Source of the DNA: Octopus sinensis
Lineage: Eukaryota
NCBI RefSeq assembly: GCF_006345805.1
Contig: NC_042999.1
Location: 140,430,001-140,494,000 of the forward strand
Direction: 5' to 3'
Length of the DNA stretch: 64,000 bases
In this document: positions 42,275-54,263 of the stretch, piece after piece
Numbering within the stretch: position 1 is the stretch's first letter
Layout: each line of letters begins with the position of its first letter
Notes under the pieces: model-generated
The model's input: the letters and a program-made list of their open reading frames with translations, nothing else
The model's database searches: none
Told to the model about the DNA's origin: nothing
Translations under genes and position numbers: made by a program

Positions 42275-43611
42275 AAGAGAGAGAGAGAGAGGTCATGCAA
42301 AATATCAGTGACTATTCATGTAAGATAAAAGGAAAGTATCTCTAAAACAAAAGTAGCAGATGAAGATGTGGCAGTAAAATAAGCTAAATATTGAACCAGA
42401 TAGAAGAAAAACTAAAAGAAACAAAACAAACAAGCAAGCCTTCAAGCACAAACGTTGCACTTTTGAAAACCCACCTCTTGGTCTTTTCCATCTTTTCTTA
42501 AAGAACATAAATCTATGACCTATATGTGCACAAAAAGATTCTCTCGTTTAGTGAAGCACACAAGGAGGTGACAAATAAATACATTTCACAAAGGGTTCAA
42601 ACAAGACAATGAAAATTAAAAGAAAAAATGGAGTCCAGATTCAAAAAAAGGGGGTATATTCTCCCTAACCCCAATATCACCTTCCCAAAATTAAACATAG
42701 ATAGGATGTTACTAAAGTTGGTTATTTATGTTTCATAGAGAGAGAGAGAGTTAGTTCCTCTGCATTTTATATACTCTTTATAATCCTTCTAGACTAGAGA
42801 GAACATAGATAAGAAGATAACATTAATGTAGTTTATACTTGTTATAAATTGTTTCAGAACTGTGATTAGAGAAGAGAAGGAAGTATGGACAGGTAGAGGG
42901 TTTCAGAGGATTGCAAGCATGTTGAAAGAATAAAATTTAGTATGGTGACTGGGAGATGAGAAGCAATGCAAATAAAAAGGACAGGAATAATCAGATTCAC
43001 TCCCCACTGAGTTCATTATTTATTTCACACTAATTAAAATTTTGGGTTTCTTTCTTTCACCTTGAAGTTATTGACTTGGCACAGTAATTTTAATTAATTA
43101 AAATTTCTTTATTTCTATATGAAATATGATGGTCCTTACTTCACTATTAAGTAGAGAGGTGACAAGGTCACAACTTTCTGATTGGTGTGTAGATTATTTA
43201 GTGGATCAAAGTTCATATATGAGCAGGATGGTTTTGCTTTTGAATACAACCCAGAATATCTATATTTGAATATATATATGTTCAGAAGTTGCCCTGATCC
43301 ATATGTAAAATAATATTCTAGTGTATGGCTTTTTTATTAATAGCTAGTGAATACCGAAGTACATTTAGATCTTTAAGAGAAAACCTAGCCTTTTGTGATT
43401 CATGAAGACTTGGTCATGTACCAGTGCAAGGTCATCAATGGATGAAAGCTTTTGAATTCTCTAAAAAAACAAAACTGTATTTTGGAAAAATGCAAAATAC
43501 AAATGTTTTTTTTTCTTTGAAAATATAAACAAACATATAAATTTAAGCAGTAATGGTGAGAATAAAGTATAGATAAATAGATAGAGAGAGAGAGAGAGGT
43601 GCAGAGAGAGG

Positions 43612-43699
<88 letters not shown>

Positions 43700-43968
43700 G
43701 GGTATAATTTGTGTCCAGGTTTGGGGCTAGCAAAAATTTGATTCAGATTTTCATTGTTGGAAGTATATTTCTGGCGGGAGGATATATATAGGTATTAGTC
43801 AGAGATGCCTATGGATGTAGGTTTAAATGTTAGGGAAAGTTCTTTAACAAATGTTCCAAAGTCATGAGCATTAGAAAACAGAAGGTATGCTTTGTGTGAT
43901 CCAGTTTTGTTTTACTACTGGTTGCAATTTCAATTCAGTTATATTGCTAATTCTCTCACAAGATGTGA

Positions 43969-44099
43969 GCATCAATGGAGTTAAATCACCTACTGTTGGA
44001 TATGTTGATTAAGAAATCAAATATATAAAAGCAGTGCTTTTATATATTTGATTTCTTAATCAACATATCCAACAGTAGGTGATTCAACTTCATTGATGC
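43969..44099. repeat. Near-perfect palindrome with 65-bp arms centred on G44034
   Basis: 50 perfect bp (43984-44033 / 44035-44084), extended to 65 bp with 2 mismatches. Confidence 0.95.
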
Positions 44100-45558
44100 C
44101 AGTTACTTAAAAATATTATTTCATCAATGCAAGTAAATATTTTAAAGTTTTATATGAATTAATTTCTCTTACTTGATTTGTACTATCAAAAATAATTTAG
44201 GAGGGACTCTTAATGCCATAATTAATAATTGGATAAAATGAGAAAACATTTTAGAAAATGTAGTCATTTATATCTGAGGTCCATTTTTTCCTTTAATGAA
44301 CAAATAATTAAGACAGTTTTAATGAAGCAACAAAATCAGAGATCAGTTTGACGAAACAGAGCTGAAACATGTAGTAGTTGTTATATTGACAATTACATAA
44401 GCTTGGTAAGAATAGTTGAAATGTCAGACTAAAAAGATCAGTTAATATTACTGGGTTGTTGTGGTATAGAAGAGAGATGGAGTGATACAAAGACAAAACC
44501 AAATGTCTTAATGCATTAGAGTTGTACATTCAAACATACTGTTCACAACAGAGGTGCACAATGTACAAGAGGGCAAAATACTTTAACTCAGACACTCATT
44601 GACCAGGTAAAGGAATACTTTTCATAGGCATAGTTATATATTATATGTATTAATATAAGCACATGTGCTTCAATTTAAATTACAAGCATAAATGCAGATC
44701 CTCGTGAGAAGACAGAATTTCAGAAAATTCGTAAATCAGTTTTATGAATGTTAAGTAGGTCGTTATTTGGAAGGGAATTTTATTTAAAATGTTATTAAAA
44801 AAAAGGTAATATAAAAACTATTCTAATAAATTATAATCAAGATAACTTTGTGTTTATGCTGTGCTTTAGAGACTGGGATAATATTATAAAAAAGGCTACA
44901 GCACTAATGTAAATAAATAGCTATCAAATCCAGTTTAACTTCATCTTCAAATGATTAGTAGAGAGTGAAGTACTTTAAGCAGATATATGGCATGTATACA
45001 TGTATATTTTTTTATGAGTAATATAATATAAAGGATAGAAGATAGGGTTTTATTAAACCATGTACTCTTGTTACAATTATGAATAACTGAAAGGTGTGTT
45101 TACTTTTGGAGATTTTATAAAGGCCATACTTATTTTAATTCAGTCTCCTTTAGTTTGTATATAAGTAAAAAAAATCTATTGAGAAGACAGATATTAGATT
45201 GAAAATTATTCAGAAAAAATATTTATTAAGAATAAGTAAGAAGAAAAATAAGTTAAAAACCAAAAGCAGAGAAATTGAAAAGCAGCATTTTTCAAGCAAG
45301 ATAACTTGAAAATTTGTTATTAATAAATGTTTAACGAAAGAGTGCTAGTTCTTTCAATCCAATTATATTATGAAATAAAACAAAGTTTTAGAAGCTCAAG
45401 TGGTTAACAAAATCTTCATTACCAAAATAATATTGCATGTAGTAGTAGAATATTTATTATTAGAAAAGTTGAATTATAAAATAATAAAAAATAAATTTTA
45501 GTGAAAGATCCGCACTTTGGATAATATACAGAACATTAGGTAAAAAAAGTGAATATAC

Positions 45559-45664
45559 CTGGACTGAGGTAGGGGTATTTTTGATTAGCTGCAGGTATGG
45601 ATTGATCTCGTGGATCAGTTGACATATATTTAGTTCCAGGAGGGACTCCAGCTACAGCCATAGC
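45559..45664 (-). CDS. CACNA1C/D-like (Cav1): Cav1 C-terminal exon (AMAVAGVPPGTKYMSTDPRDQSIPAANQKYPYLSP); absent from the ORF track
   Basis: Acceptor cttttttcttacccag|GCTATG and donor CCAG|gtatat; 106 nt, phase 0 to 1. It completes the conserved Q-A(L/M)AVAG motif of Cav1 channels. Confidence 0.9.
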
Positions 45665-46099
45665 CTGGGTAAGAAAAAAGAAAGAAGAAAGAAAAAAGAC
45701 AAAATAATTAGATCATTAGTCTGGTCTGACTGAGTAGTCCAAGGTATGGTAATATATTTTTCAGAAGTAACAGGTGTTCTATATGTGTACAAAAGTTATG
45801 AGTTAATAAGTTAGTGAATCTATTAACTTGAAATCCATAACCTATTATTAGAAACTACTCATCATAATTTACTTTATCACCATCATCATCATTTAATTTC
45901 CACTTTTCCATGCTTGCATAGGTCAGATGGATTTTGTGGATGCAAATTTTCTACAGCCAAATGTTATTTCTCTCACCAACCTTCACCTGTTGCTAAGCAA
46001 GATATTTCCCATGGTCAGACATATTTTTCACAGAAGTCTGGAAACAAATATCATTTGTATGACGGTCATTTACAACCATCATGTGATGTCAAGACAAGG

Positions 46100-46265
46100 A
46101 GACACACATGCAACTTTACCAGTTTTTGCCTACTAAATCCACTCACAGGGCTTTGGTTGGCCCAGAGTCATAGTACAAGACACTTGCCCAAGATACTGTG
46201 CAGTGGGATTGAAACTAAGACCACATGGTTTGGAAGCAAGCTTCTTAAATACTCAGCCAAGCTTG
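46100..46265 (-). mobile_element. SINE, 5' portion (same family); similar partial copies at about 17341-17445 (+), 23890-24035 (-) and 41840-41960 (-)
   Basis: AAATCCACTCACAGGGCTTTGGTTGGCCC...GACACTTGCCCAAG...AAGCAAGCTTCTT. Confidence 0.75.
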
Positions 46266-46979
46266 TACCTATTTTACTATAATTTATTAAATACGCTTGT
46301 AACACTTCATGTTCATTGACAGTTAGGCTTGCTAGTTACAAATATCTGGTTTCTCTCGCTGCTTATCCTATTAATTCTACAATAGTATCTACTTTCTTCA
46401 ATCAATTAATTGCTTAGCTGCTCCACTAATGCCACTTGATATGTATACTTTCTCTTCTTATCAAGCCCACAATGTTACACACAGTAGACCTTGCACAAAT
46501 CCCTTTTACATGCATCTTTCTTCCTCGAGTGTTAATTCCCTCATTCCTACACTGACTGCAATTGTATTGATTTCATCAGTCTTAAAAGGCTTAGAACTAT
46601 ACCTTCCTTTTGACAAAGCTAAAACAAAAGAAATTAGAAACTCAGTCTTCATTCACACACAGAAGGGCTGTGATGCTGAGACCTGTGTAGTTCATGATAT
46701 TGTTGACCAGGATTTTCTTTGTTTGCCTTTTCTCTACATTCATTGTGTGCCCTAGAAAATTTGTTTTTGACAAGGGGCTGAGGCAAGACAAGTATTTGTA
46801 CCACTGCTGCAAAGCAAAACAAGTATTTGTACCACTGCTGCATCCAACCTACTTGGTGGTTTACTGCGTGTCAAAGCTATTTGTCTAGAGCAGTGTACAA
46901 GATGCATAACACATTCTGAAGAACTTTAGTTTAAATACCTGAACAGAAAAATAAAAATCACCAAGTACTTGTCCAGTTT

Positions 46980-47703
46980 GAGCTCCATAGGAAAACTGAT
47001 GGAATTACTTTATCATATAATGTTTAGCTTTGTCACGACAGATGAGGCCAGACTAAAATGTTATTTTCTTGGATGATTCATCCTTTACCTTATTTCTGAC
47101 CACCAGCCAAGTATATGTGTGGAGACAGCCAAAAGAAGCATTTGACCAAAACTGCCTTCTTCCATCTGTTAAACATGGAGGATCTGTGATGGTCAGGGGG
47201 TGGGTGGGCTATATCTTGGAAATCTGCCGGCCCAATGGTTTCCTGTTATGGCAGAATTAATACTCAAGACTATTTAAGCATTTTATCTGATCAGATTCAT
47301 CCTATAGTTGCAGAACAGTTTCCGGAGGGAAATGCAATCTTTCAGGATAATAATGCACCAATTCACACATCTAAATTTGTTATCGAATGGCACAAGGACA
47401 TTCTAGTGAAGTTGAACATCTTATCTGGCCACTACAGTCCTCAGATCTCAATATTATTGAACATTTATGGTGCATTTTAGAAAAACAAGTAAGGAGTCGA
47501 TATCCTTCACCATCGTCACTACAAGAACTGGAGACTGTTTTAGCTGAAGAATAGACAAAAATTCCTTTGGAAACAATTCAAACTTTGTATGAGTCCATAC
47601 CTCATAGAATTCAAGCTGTAATTACTGCTAATGGCAGTCCTGCACTATATTAAAATAAATTTGTTTGAAATTTTAAGGTGTTTCCATTATTTTGTCCAAT
47701 CCT

Positions 47704-47705
<2 letters not shown>
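46980..47705 (+). mobile_element. Decayed Tc1 (DD34E-type) transposon, 3' half
   Basis: Frameshifted motifs DDSSFTLF, SVKHGGSVMV, IFQDNNAPIHT, WP-QSSDLNIIEHLW, RIQAVITANG; right TIR TTTCCATTATTTTGTCCAATCCTTG followed by TA. Confidence 0.85.
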
Positions 47706-47738
<33 letters not shown>

Positions 47739-48254
47739 TGGCTAAAAATCTTTGTAACTCTTTTTCTCCAATTAAAAATCTCTGTACATTGATCACTGCA
47801 GGTTTGAAAGGACTATGCTCTACTGACATGGTCTAATAAAACAAAAACATGTTGATAGTTGTCACCTTCTCTGCTAACAAAGATCGTATTTTCCTCTTAA
47901 GCATAAAAATTCAACTTTTAGGGAAATTAAATTTCTTGAAATTATTTTCCCCTTCTTTTTAAGTCTCTAACAATTACCAAAGAGACAAATTTCGATACAT
48001 TAATTTTTTTGATTTGATTGTATATACCATTTAATACATCTTCACCTAAATGAATTAACTTGTTATACACTGTTTCAAAATATATATATTTCTCATAAAT
48101 ATGGCAGTCCTATGAAAACAATTTGATAGCCATAATTATTTTGGTTTAGCATTTATCAAAGGAATTGAATTTACAAATAAATCTGAAATACAAACCACAC
48201 ACACTATTTGCTAATTTTGATAAAGAAAATAGATTGTGGTAACATTTTTCTTAC

Positions 48255-48435
48255 CTGTCTCTGGGCTAATTTTAAGGGCTGTGCAATCTTTTTAACTAAG
48301 GGGTTTTCATCACTGCCCTGTTTACCTATACACGATAGTTTGATAGAAGCACCTCTCTTACTGACTTTTCTGGAAGCTGGAGGGGGAGAAGGTGGTGTTT
48401 GTTCTCTTTCATAATCACTGTCTTCTTGGGGAAGA
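48255..48435 (-). CDS. CACNA1C/D-like (Cav1): Cav1 C-terminal exon (LPQEDSDYEREQTPPSPPPASRKVSKRGASIKLSCIGKQGS...PLKLAQRQ)
   Basis: Acceptor ttttctatttttttag|T and donor ACAG|gtaaga; 181 nt, phase 2 to 0. ASIKLSCIGKQ resembles Cav1.2 RRASFHLECLKRQ; PLKLAQRQ resembles PLHLVHHQ. Confidence 0.9.
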
Positions 48436-49408
48436 CTAAAAAAATAGAAAAGCAATGAGAATATATGATAGTAAATGTTATAATATATAACAGTGATTTC
48501 TACAGTAAAGTTATAAATTCTCATATCTGAATGATAGCTGAATATGTTAAAAAGAAAGAAAAACAGATGATAAATGAAAACAATACATTAATTTTTCCAA
48601 ACAACAATTTTTTAATAATAATTCATGGAGTGCACACAGAACAGCAAGTATCCAAACTATATCATATTTATTCATTCTTAATACATTCTGGCAGATTTGA
48701 ATGTGAATGTCTAATTGCTGTTTTATGTCATTGGTGCCTTAAGGCTTTAGAAAATTACAAAGAGTTGAAAGCAGTTCCCAGATTATGAATTTAAATCACA
48801 TCTGATTTGAGTTGAGATAATGTCTACCTCTTATCAGCAAAAGAAAGTCAGGCAATTCATATCCTGCTTTTGGTAATGTATTGTATCCATAGCTAGGTCA
48901 CTTATCTGATACTAAGACTAGACTAACTAGCTGCAAATAGGTGTCATAAGGTCATATAATTAAAAACTTGATGTCACATGTAGCTCCAATTCATTATAAG
49001 AAATGACTGTTTTGTTAACAGACCTGATCAAATCCTAACATGTATATAATTTGGTAAGGGATAGGTTCTCCAACTAAGGTGTCTTGCTCAAGATACAATA
49101 TTTTAAAATAAATTCCTTAGTTAGAGCTCTTATAATTCAATACATTATAGGACTTATTTTATCTCTCACTAAATATAAAGTGGGGGATTGTATAATAAAG
49201 ATTTTTTAAGTCGACAGAAGTAGACAATTTCCAGAGAAAAGTATAATTGAATTTACCCAATACATGTTTGGTGTTTCTTTTATTGATCCTACATAGATAA
49301 AAGACAAAAGTCTCTCTTACCAAGATTTGATCTTAAATGCCCTGTTATTTCTAATTGTTCATTACCTTTATGGACTGTTTTATCTGTATTGATCAGCACT
49401 AAGTGATG

Positions 49409-49586
49409 AAACCATAACATAATTGCCAACCAAGTGTGGCATCCTATACATGACAGTGCTACTGACGTTTATAGTTCCAGAATGTTTATTGTTAGCCAGC
49501 TGGAGATGTCTTCCTGGGGCTATAAACATCAGTAGCGCTGTCTTGTATAGGATGCCACACTTAGTTGGCAATAATATGTTATGGTT
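49409..49586. repeat. Inverted repeat with arms of about 72 bp and a spacer of about 30 nt (fold-back element)
   Basis: The arms give mirror ORFs on both strands (MPTKCGILY...YRMPHLVGN); about 90% identity by eye. Confidence 0.9.
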
Positions 49587-50689
49587 CTGTACTGCTACTG
49601 TTTATATCTCACTACTTTTGCACAATTTTTTGTCTAGATTAAGAAGTGTAGTAGGGTTAGAATTTGTAAAATGGGTTTATATTACATTTTGGAATGTTAT
49701 TGATGTGACAAAGTAGTTGATTATTTAGCAACAGGAACTGTTGGGATTGGAGTTTGCTGCTACAACAAACTGTGTTTCACTTCCACGTCCAGGATGTCTT
49801 ACCTTTTGGAGTATTTTGATTTCTCTGTGTATATGACATGTATGCAGTCACTGACACAAATGTGTGCTACTTTATTTTCTTTGTTGTTTGTTGCAATTTG
49901 CTGTAGAGAAATTGGGGCCCAAGCAGGACTGGTACAATATCTAACATATTGTCTGTAACACATTTTATTGTTTATATAGATAAAATATTGGTACTGTGAG
50001 TACTAGTTTACTTTCTTTACTATGCCTTCTAAATGAGCTGTGATAGTTGCAGACATGTGTATAATTCCGAGGATTTTTGTCTGTGTGTGTTATATTTGAT
50101 ATTCTTTGCTGTTTCTGCTAAGAAGGAAGTTGAATTTGGTAGATACTACTTTTAATCTGTTTGGAACCAAGTTTCTAAGTGATTGATGCAGAATTGGGGA
50201 AGCTGTGCAGCTGTGTTTGAGAAACCATAAGAGGATATGACTCATATCATTGGTGTGGTTGTAAGGAAGTTTGACTAGGAACAGGTTGAAAAAAAAGTGG
50301 ATGACAAGGTGGATTTATTTTGGAACTCAGGATATTGCAAATTCTAAATGAGTTGGAGCTGACCTGATAATTTGCTAAACTGTATGTTTGCATTACTTCT
50401 CAAGGTGTTGGATAGTTGGGAATAGAGTGAGATGTTTTGCTGATATTGATAGCAGTAAAAATGGTGTGTACTGAGAGTATTTTGTTGTTGAAACTGTCAG
50501 GTATTCCTTGATCATAATAAATGATAACCCAAGCAAAAAACCAACCAGTATGGAGAAAGCTTATCAAGTCATGCCAAAGCCATAACCAGTCGTAGTCATG
50601 ACAACTAACAGCAGATATGGTTATTTGGCAGTGCAGAATTATGATCAAAAGCATTACAGCCATAACCATTCCTTATTTTTGTACATCTA

Positions 50690-51105
50690 GGACAAAACTG
50701 GCCCATATATCCCTTCTTTTTTGAGATAGTAGTTGTCAGGGTCAAAGCCAGTGCCATCTGACTGGTAGCCATGCCAGTGGCACATAAAATACACCGTTTG
50801 AGCATTGGGCCTCATGGAGGCAGTGACAAGTGGCCGAGACCTTTACCAATATACCGTGCTTATGAGGACCTGCCAAGCCAAGTGAGATCATAGTCGAGGC
50901 TGATGCTGGTGTCATGTCAATGGCACCAGTGGCACGTAATAGGCACCCACTACACTCTTGAAGTTGTTGGCATTAGGATGGGCATCTAGCCATAGAAACC
51001 ATGCCAAATCAGACTGGAACCTGATGCAGCTCCCTGGCTTGCCAGTTTTCAGTAAAACTGTCCAAACCATGCCATCATAGAAAGCGGATGTTTGATGATG
51101 ATGAT
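50690..51105 (+). mobile_element. RTE 3'-end retroposon; further copies or tails at about 6690-6745, 16310-16470, 20185-20330, 20560-20940, 26245-26375 (+) and 41625-41800, 45880-46090, 56600-56800 (-)
   Basis: LGLMEAVTSGRDLYQYTVLMRTCQAK* remnant, GTGGCAC(G/A)TAA units, (ATG)n tail. Confidence 0.75.
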
Positions 51106-52989
51106 AATTTGAAGGAATTTGTTTGCTTTCTTTAGCGGGTTGAACAATTGCGTATGAATTCCCTAGTTGGTTTGTATTGTGGCTGATGTAGAGGTTTTAA
51201 ATTACTACACTGGAAAGTAGAATGTGATATCAATAATGCATCTTCCATGATTTTGATGATGTGCATAGGGAAGTGACGGGTGTGTGGAACGATGTTCTGG
51301 TTGAACTTTTGTTAGGTTTTATCAATAAAACTGTACTTATTCTTGATTTTAGTTCTGATGTTATTGTGTCTCCTCAGTGTTATCTGTTCTATTTTGAATC
51401 AGGATGAGTTGTGTTTCTTGTATTTTTCCATGATGGTACTTGAGAATGTGTTAAGTGGTTGTAGTTGGGGATGTGTAACCTGACACTATGGCTGGAAAAT
51501 TTGGTGGTGATATGTACACACTTATGTTTATTATGCTTTTTATCTTGACTGTTTGTTTTCCTAGCATGTTGTTTTGCTGGATTAGCGTTTGAGTTCTTTT
51601 GTGATATCTATGCGTTAGACGCAGGATTTCTTGTATGTTATGGGGCATCCACTAAATCTTTGATTAGATCTACATAACTGGAGTGTAGTAAGTGAGATTA
51701 CAGGTTGAGATTATGTCTCTTGTATCATTGCAATGTGAATGTTGTGCATGAGAGAGATGATGGTGTTTTTATGCCATATTGTATTGTACAATGTATTTAG
51801 CTTTGCTGTATTATAGTTATGTGATGTACATAGGCTACTTCAGTAATTTTACATTTTACATGTGTATATTGTTTTTGATGTGGGATTTGAAGATCTTAAT
51901 AGGTAGAGAATGTCAGTTTTTCCAGTTATCAATGATTTGTAGTATGATTATGCATGTTCTTGATAATTTGAGTTATATGTTTGGATATGTTTGTATTTTG
52001 GTCTGAGTGCCTCTAGCTTTTCAATTTTCTTTTGATTCACTAAAATTAGGAACCATACAAAGGGGGAGTCATATAAAAAATCAAACTTTAAAATTAAAAG
52101 GGAAAAAAAATCTAAACAAACTGGGTGGTGATGGCAGAACTGCCAGTCAATTTATTAAAAGTCAGTTGGAAAAATCCTAGACCTACCAATAGATGACAAA
52201 AATCTTGTTTAGCAGCAAAAACCTACTATCTATCATAGAACAGCCAAATGCTTCTACCATTGAATGATCAAATTCCTGGTTATTTTCCAATCTAACATTT
52301 TCGTATCTTGATTTTTGTTAGCCTTTGATATTTTTATAAATTCTACATAATGTTGAAACTGTTACAACAACTTAAATTTTGTAAATGTCAACAAATCTGA
52401 ATGCAGTTATTGTCAAACAGTTTTTCCTTTGCTAACATATTTTCCTATTATTGACTATGAATTATGGAATAAGTGGGACCTGTTTATTAACTAAATAAAA
52501 CTAAGGAAAGTAGAGATATGTCTCTTACCCAGGTGCACAATATATTGACTCTAGTGGTAATAGCCCATGTATCAGTAATTACAGGTATGAGAGACAGGTA
52601 CACAAATTTACACACACACAAAATTGATGATGTGAACAAAATGTTTTTAACTGAGTTTGTTTTAGTAATAATAATCATTGATAGTGATCACAAGAGAAGA
52701 AACAATGAAAAAAGAGGAAGGTGGAAGCAGACAAGTAGTTTTCTGGATGTTGGTAATAGTGACTGGAGGCATGCAACATGCATTTATGGAGGTTAAATAA
52801 ATAATTAAAAGTGCTGAACATACAAAAAGATCAGTCAATAACTGCTGAAGAAAATTCATATGGATTAAATCAAAGTTTTGCTACAAAAAATATAAAATGA
52901 TGGAAAATATAAAAATGAACTAATGGAAAATACTACTTTACTACTTTCAGTAACAATGACAGCAGAGACAGTTTCAGAAAAAAAAATGT

Positions 52990-52994
52990 ATGAC

Positions 52995-53034
<40 letters not shown>

Positions 53035-53242
53035 TACATATATATCTATATATGCATATATATACATACAAATATATATATACATATAGATAGATATATA
53101 TATATATCTCTCTCTCTCTACATATATATACACATAAATACATATATACTTACGTATATATATATATATATATACATACATATATATATATATATTATAT
53201 ATATATATATATATATACATACATATATATATAATATATATA

Positions 53243-53273
<31 letters not shown>

Positions 53274-53487
53274 CATACATATATATATATATATTATATA
53301 TATATATACATACTATATATATATATAATATATATATACATACATATATATATAATATATATATATATATACACATACATATTTATACACACACACATAC
53401 ACACATATATATATAAATACATATATATAAATTTAAATATATATAATATATATATACATAAATATATATATCTATATACACACACAT

Positions 53488-53526
<39 letters not shown>

Positions 53527-53650
53527 AAACAAACATATATATGTATGTTTTCATATCAATATTAAATGAACACATATTTTTGTCTACATGTGTGCATGTG
53601 TACATATATATATATATATATTATATATATATATATATATTATATATATA
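52990..53650. repeat. Long compound (AT)n tract just downstream of Cav1 exon 54263-53961
   Basis: Direct inspection. Confidence 0.95.
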
Positions 53651-53960
53651 TATAAAATGTATCCCATAAGCCAGTTATTTTGATTATAAAACATATCTAA
53701 ATTTCACCTTACTTATGGGACAACATATATTTAAACATATTCACACATGTATGTACATCTGTGAATGGTCATATATGAAAAGAGAAAAAAATGGAAAGCA
53801 CTGAAACTGCCAACATTTTACTGAATAACTATTCTGTGGTAAAAAAAAAAATAATGTACACAGGTATCACTTCCAGGTGACCAACACTGATGCTTGCTGG
53901 ACAGGAATCGAGAATGGTTTGTGGGATATCAGGAGAATGACCAATAGCCAATATACTTAC

Positions 53961-54263
53961 TCTCTATATACATATATGTCCTGCTTTTTGTCTGGAGGGC
54001 CTGGATGAGTTACTGGAACACGATCAGGCATGTGATCAAACAACACTTTGTCTGAAAATTTATCAGATATTTGGTCGGAGCCATGGTCAGGGTCACTGAC
54101 CCCAGCTGCATGATCTGACTGGGGTTGTACATTCTGACTGAGATCGCTTACGACCGTTCGCATTGGAATACTCTCAGTGTCTGAATCCTGAACTTCACTC
54201 GGCCTGCTTCCGAGACCCTGTTCGTTGTCAAGAACAGAGTCAACCTCGACAGAAGAGTGTTCA
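53961..54263 (-). CDS. CACNA1C/D-like (Cav1): Cav1 C-terminal exon (EHSSVEVDSVLDNEQGLGSRPSEVQ...PPDKKQDIYVYR), low-complexity acidic linker
   Basis: Acceptor gtatgtttacag|TGAACAC and donor AGAGA|gtaagt; 303 nt, phase 2 in and phase 2 out, matching both neighbours; coding-like GC content. Confidence 0.85.

Noticed and set aside
42305-42508. Basic ORF MFFKKRWKRPRGGFSKVQR in the 16-kb intron
   Set aside because: No splice sites compatible with the phase-1 intron, and no recognisable motif.
44345-44375. TTGACGA...GAAACATGTA hammerhead-like motif (similar degenerate case at 46655-46690)
   Set aside because: Core substitutions and no convincing stems I or II.
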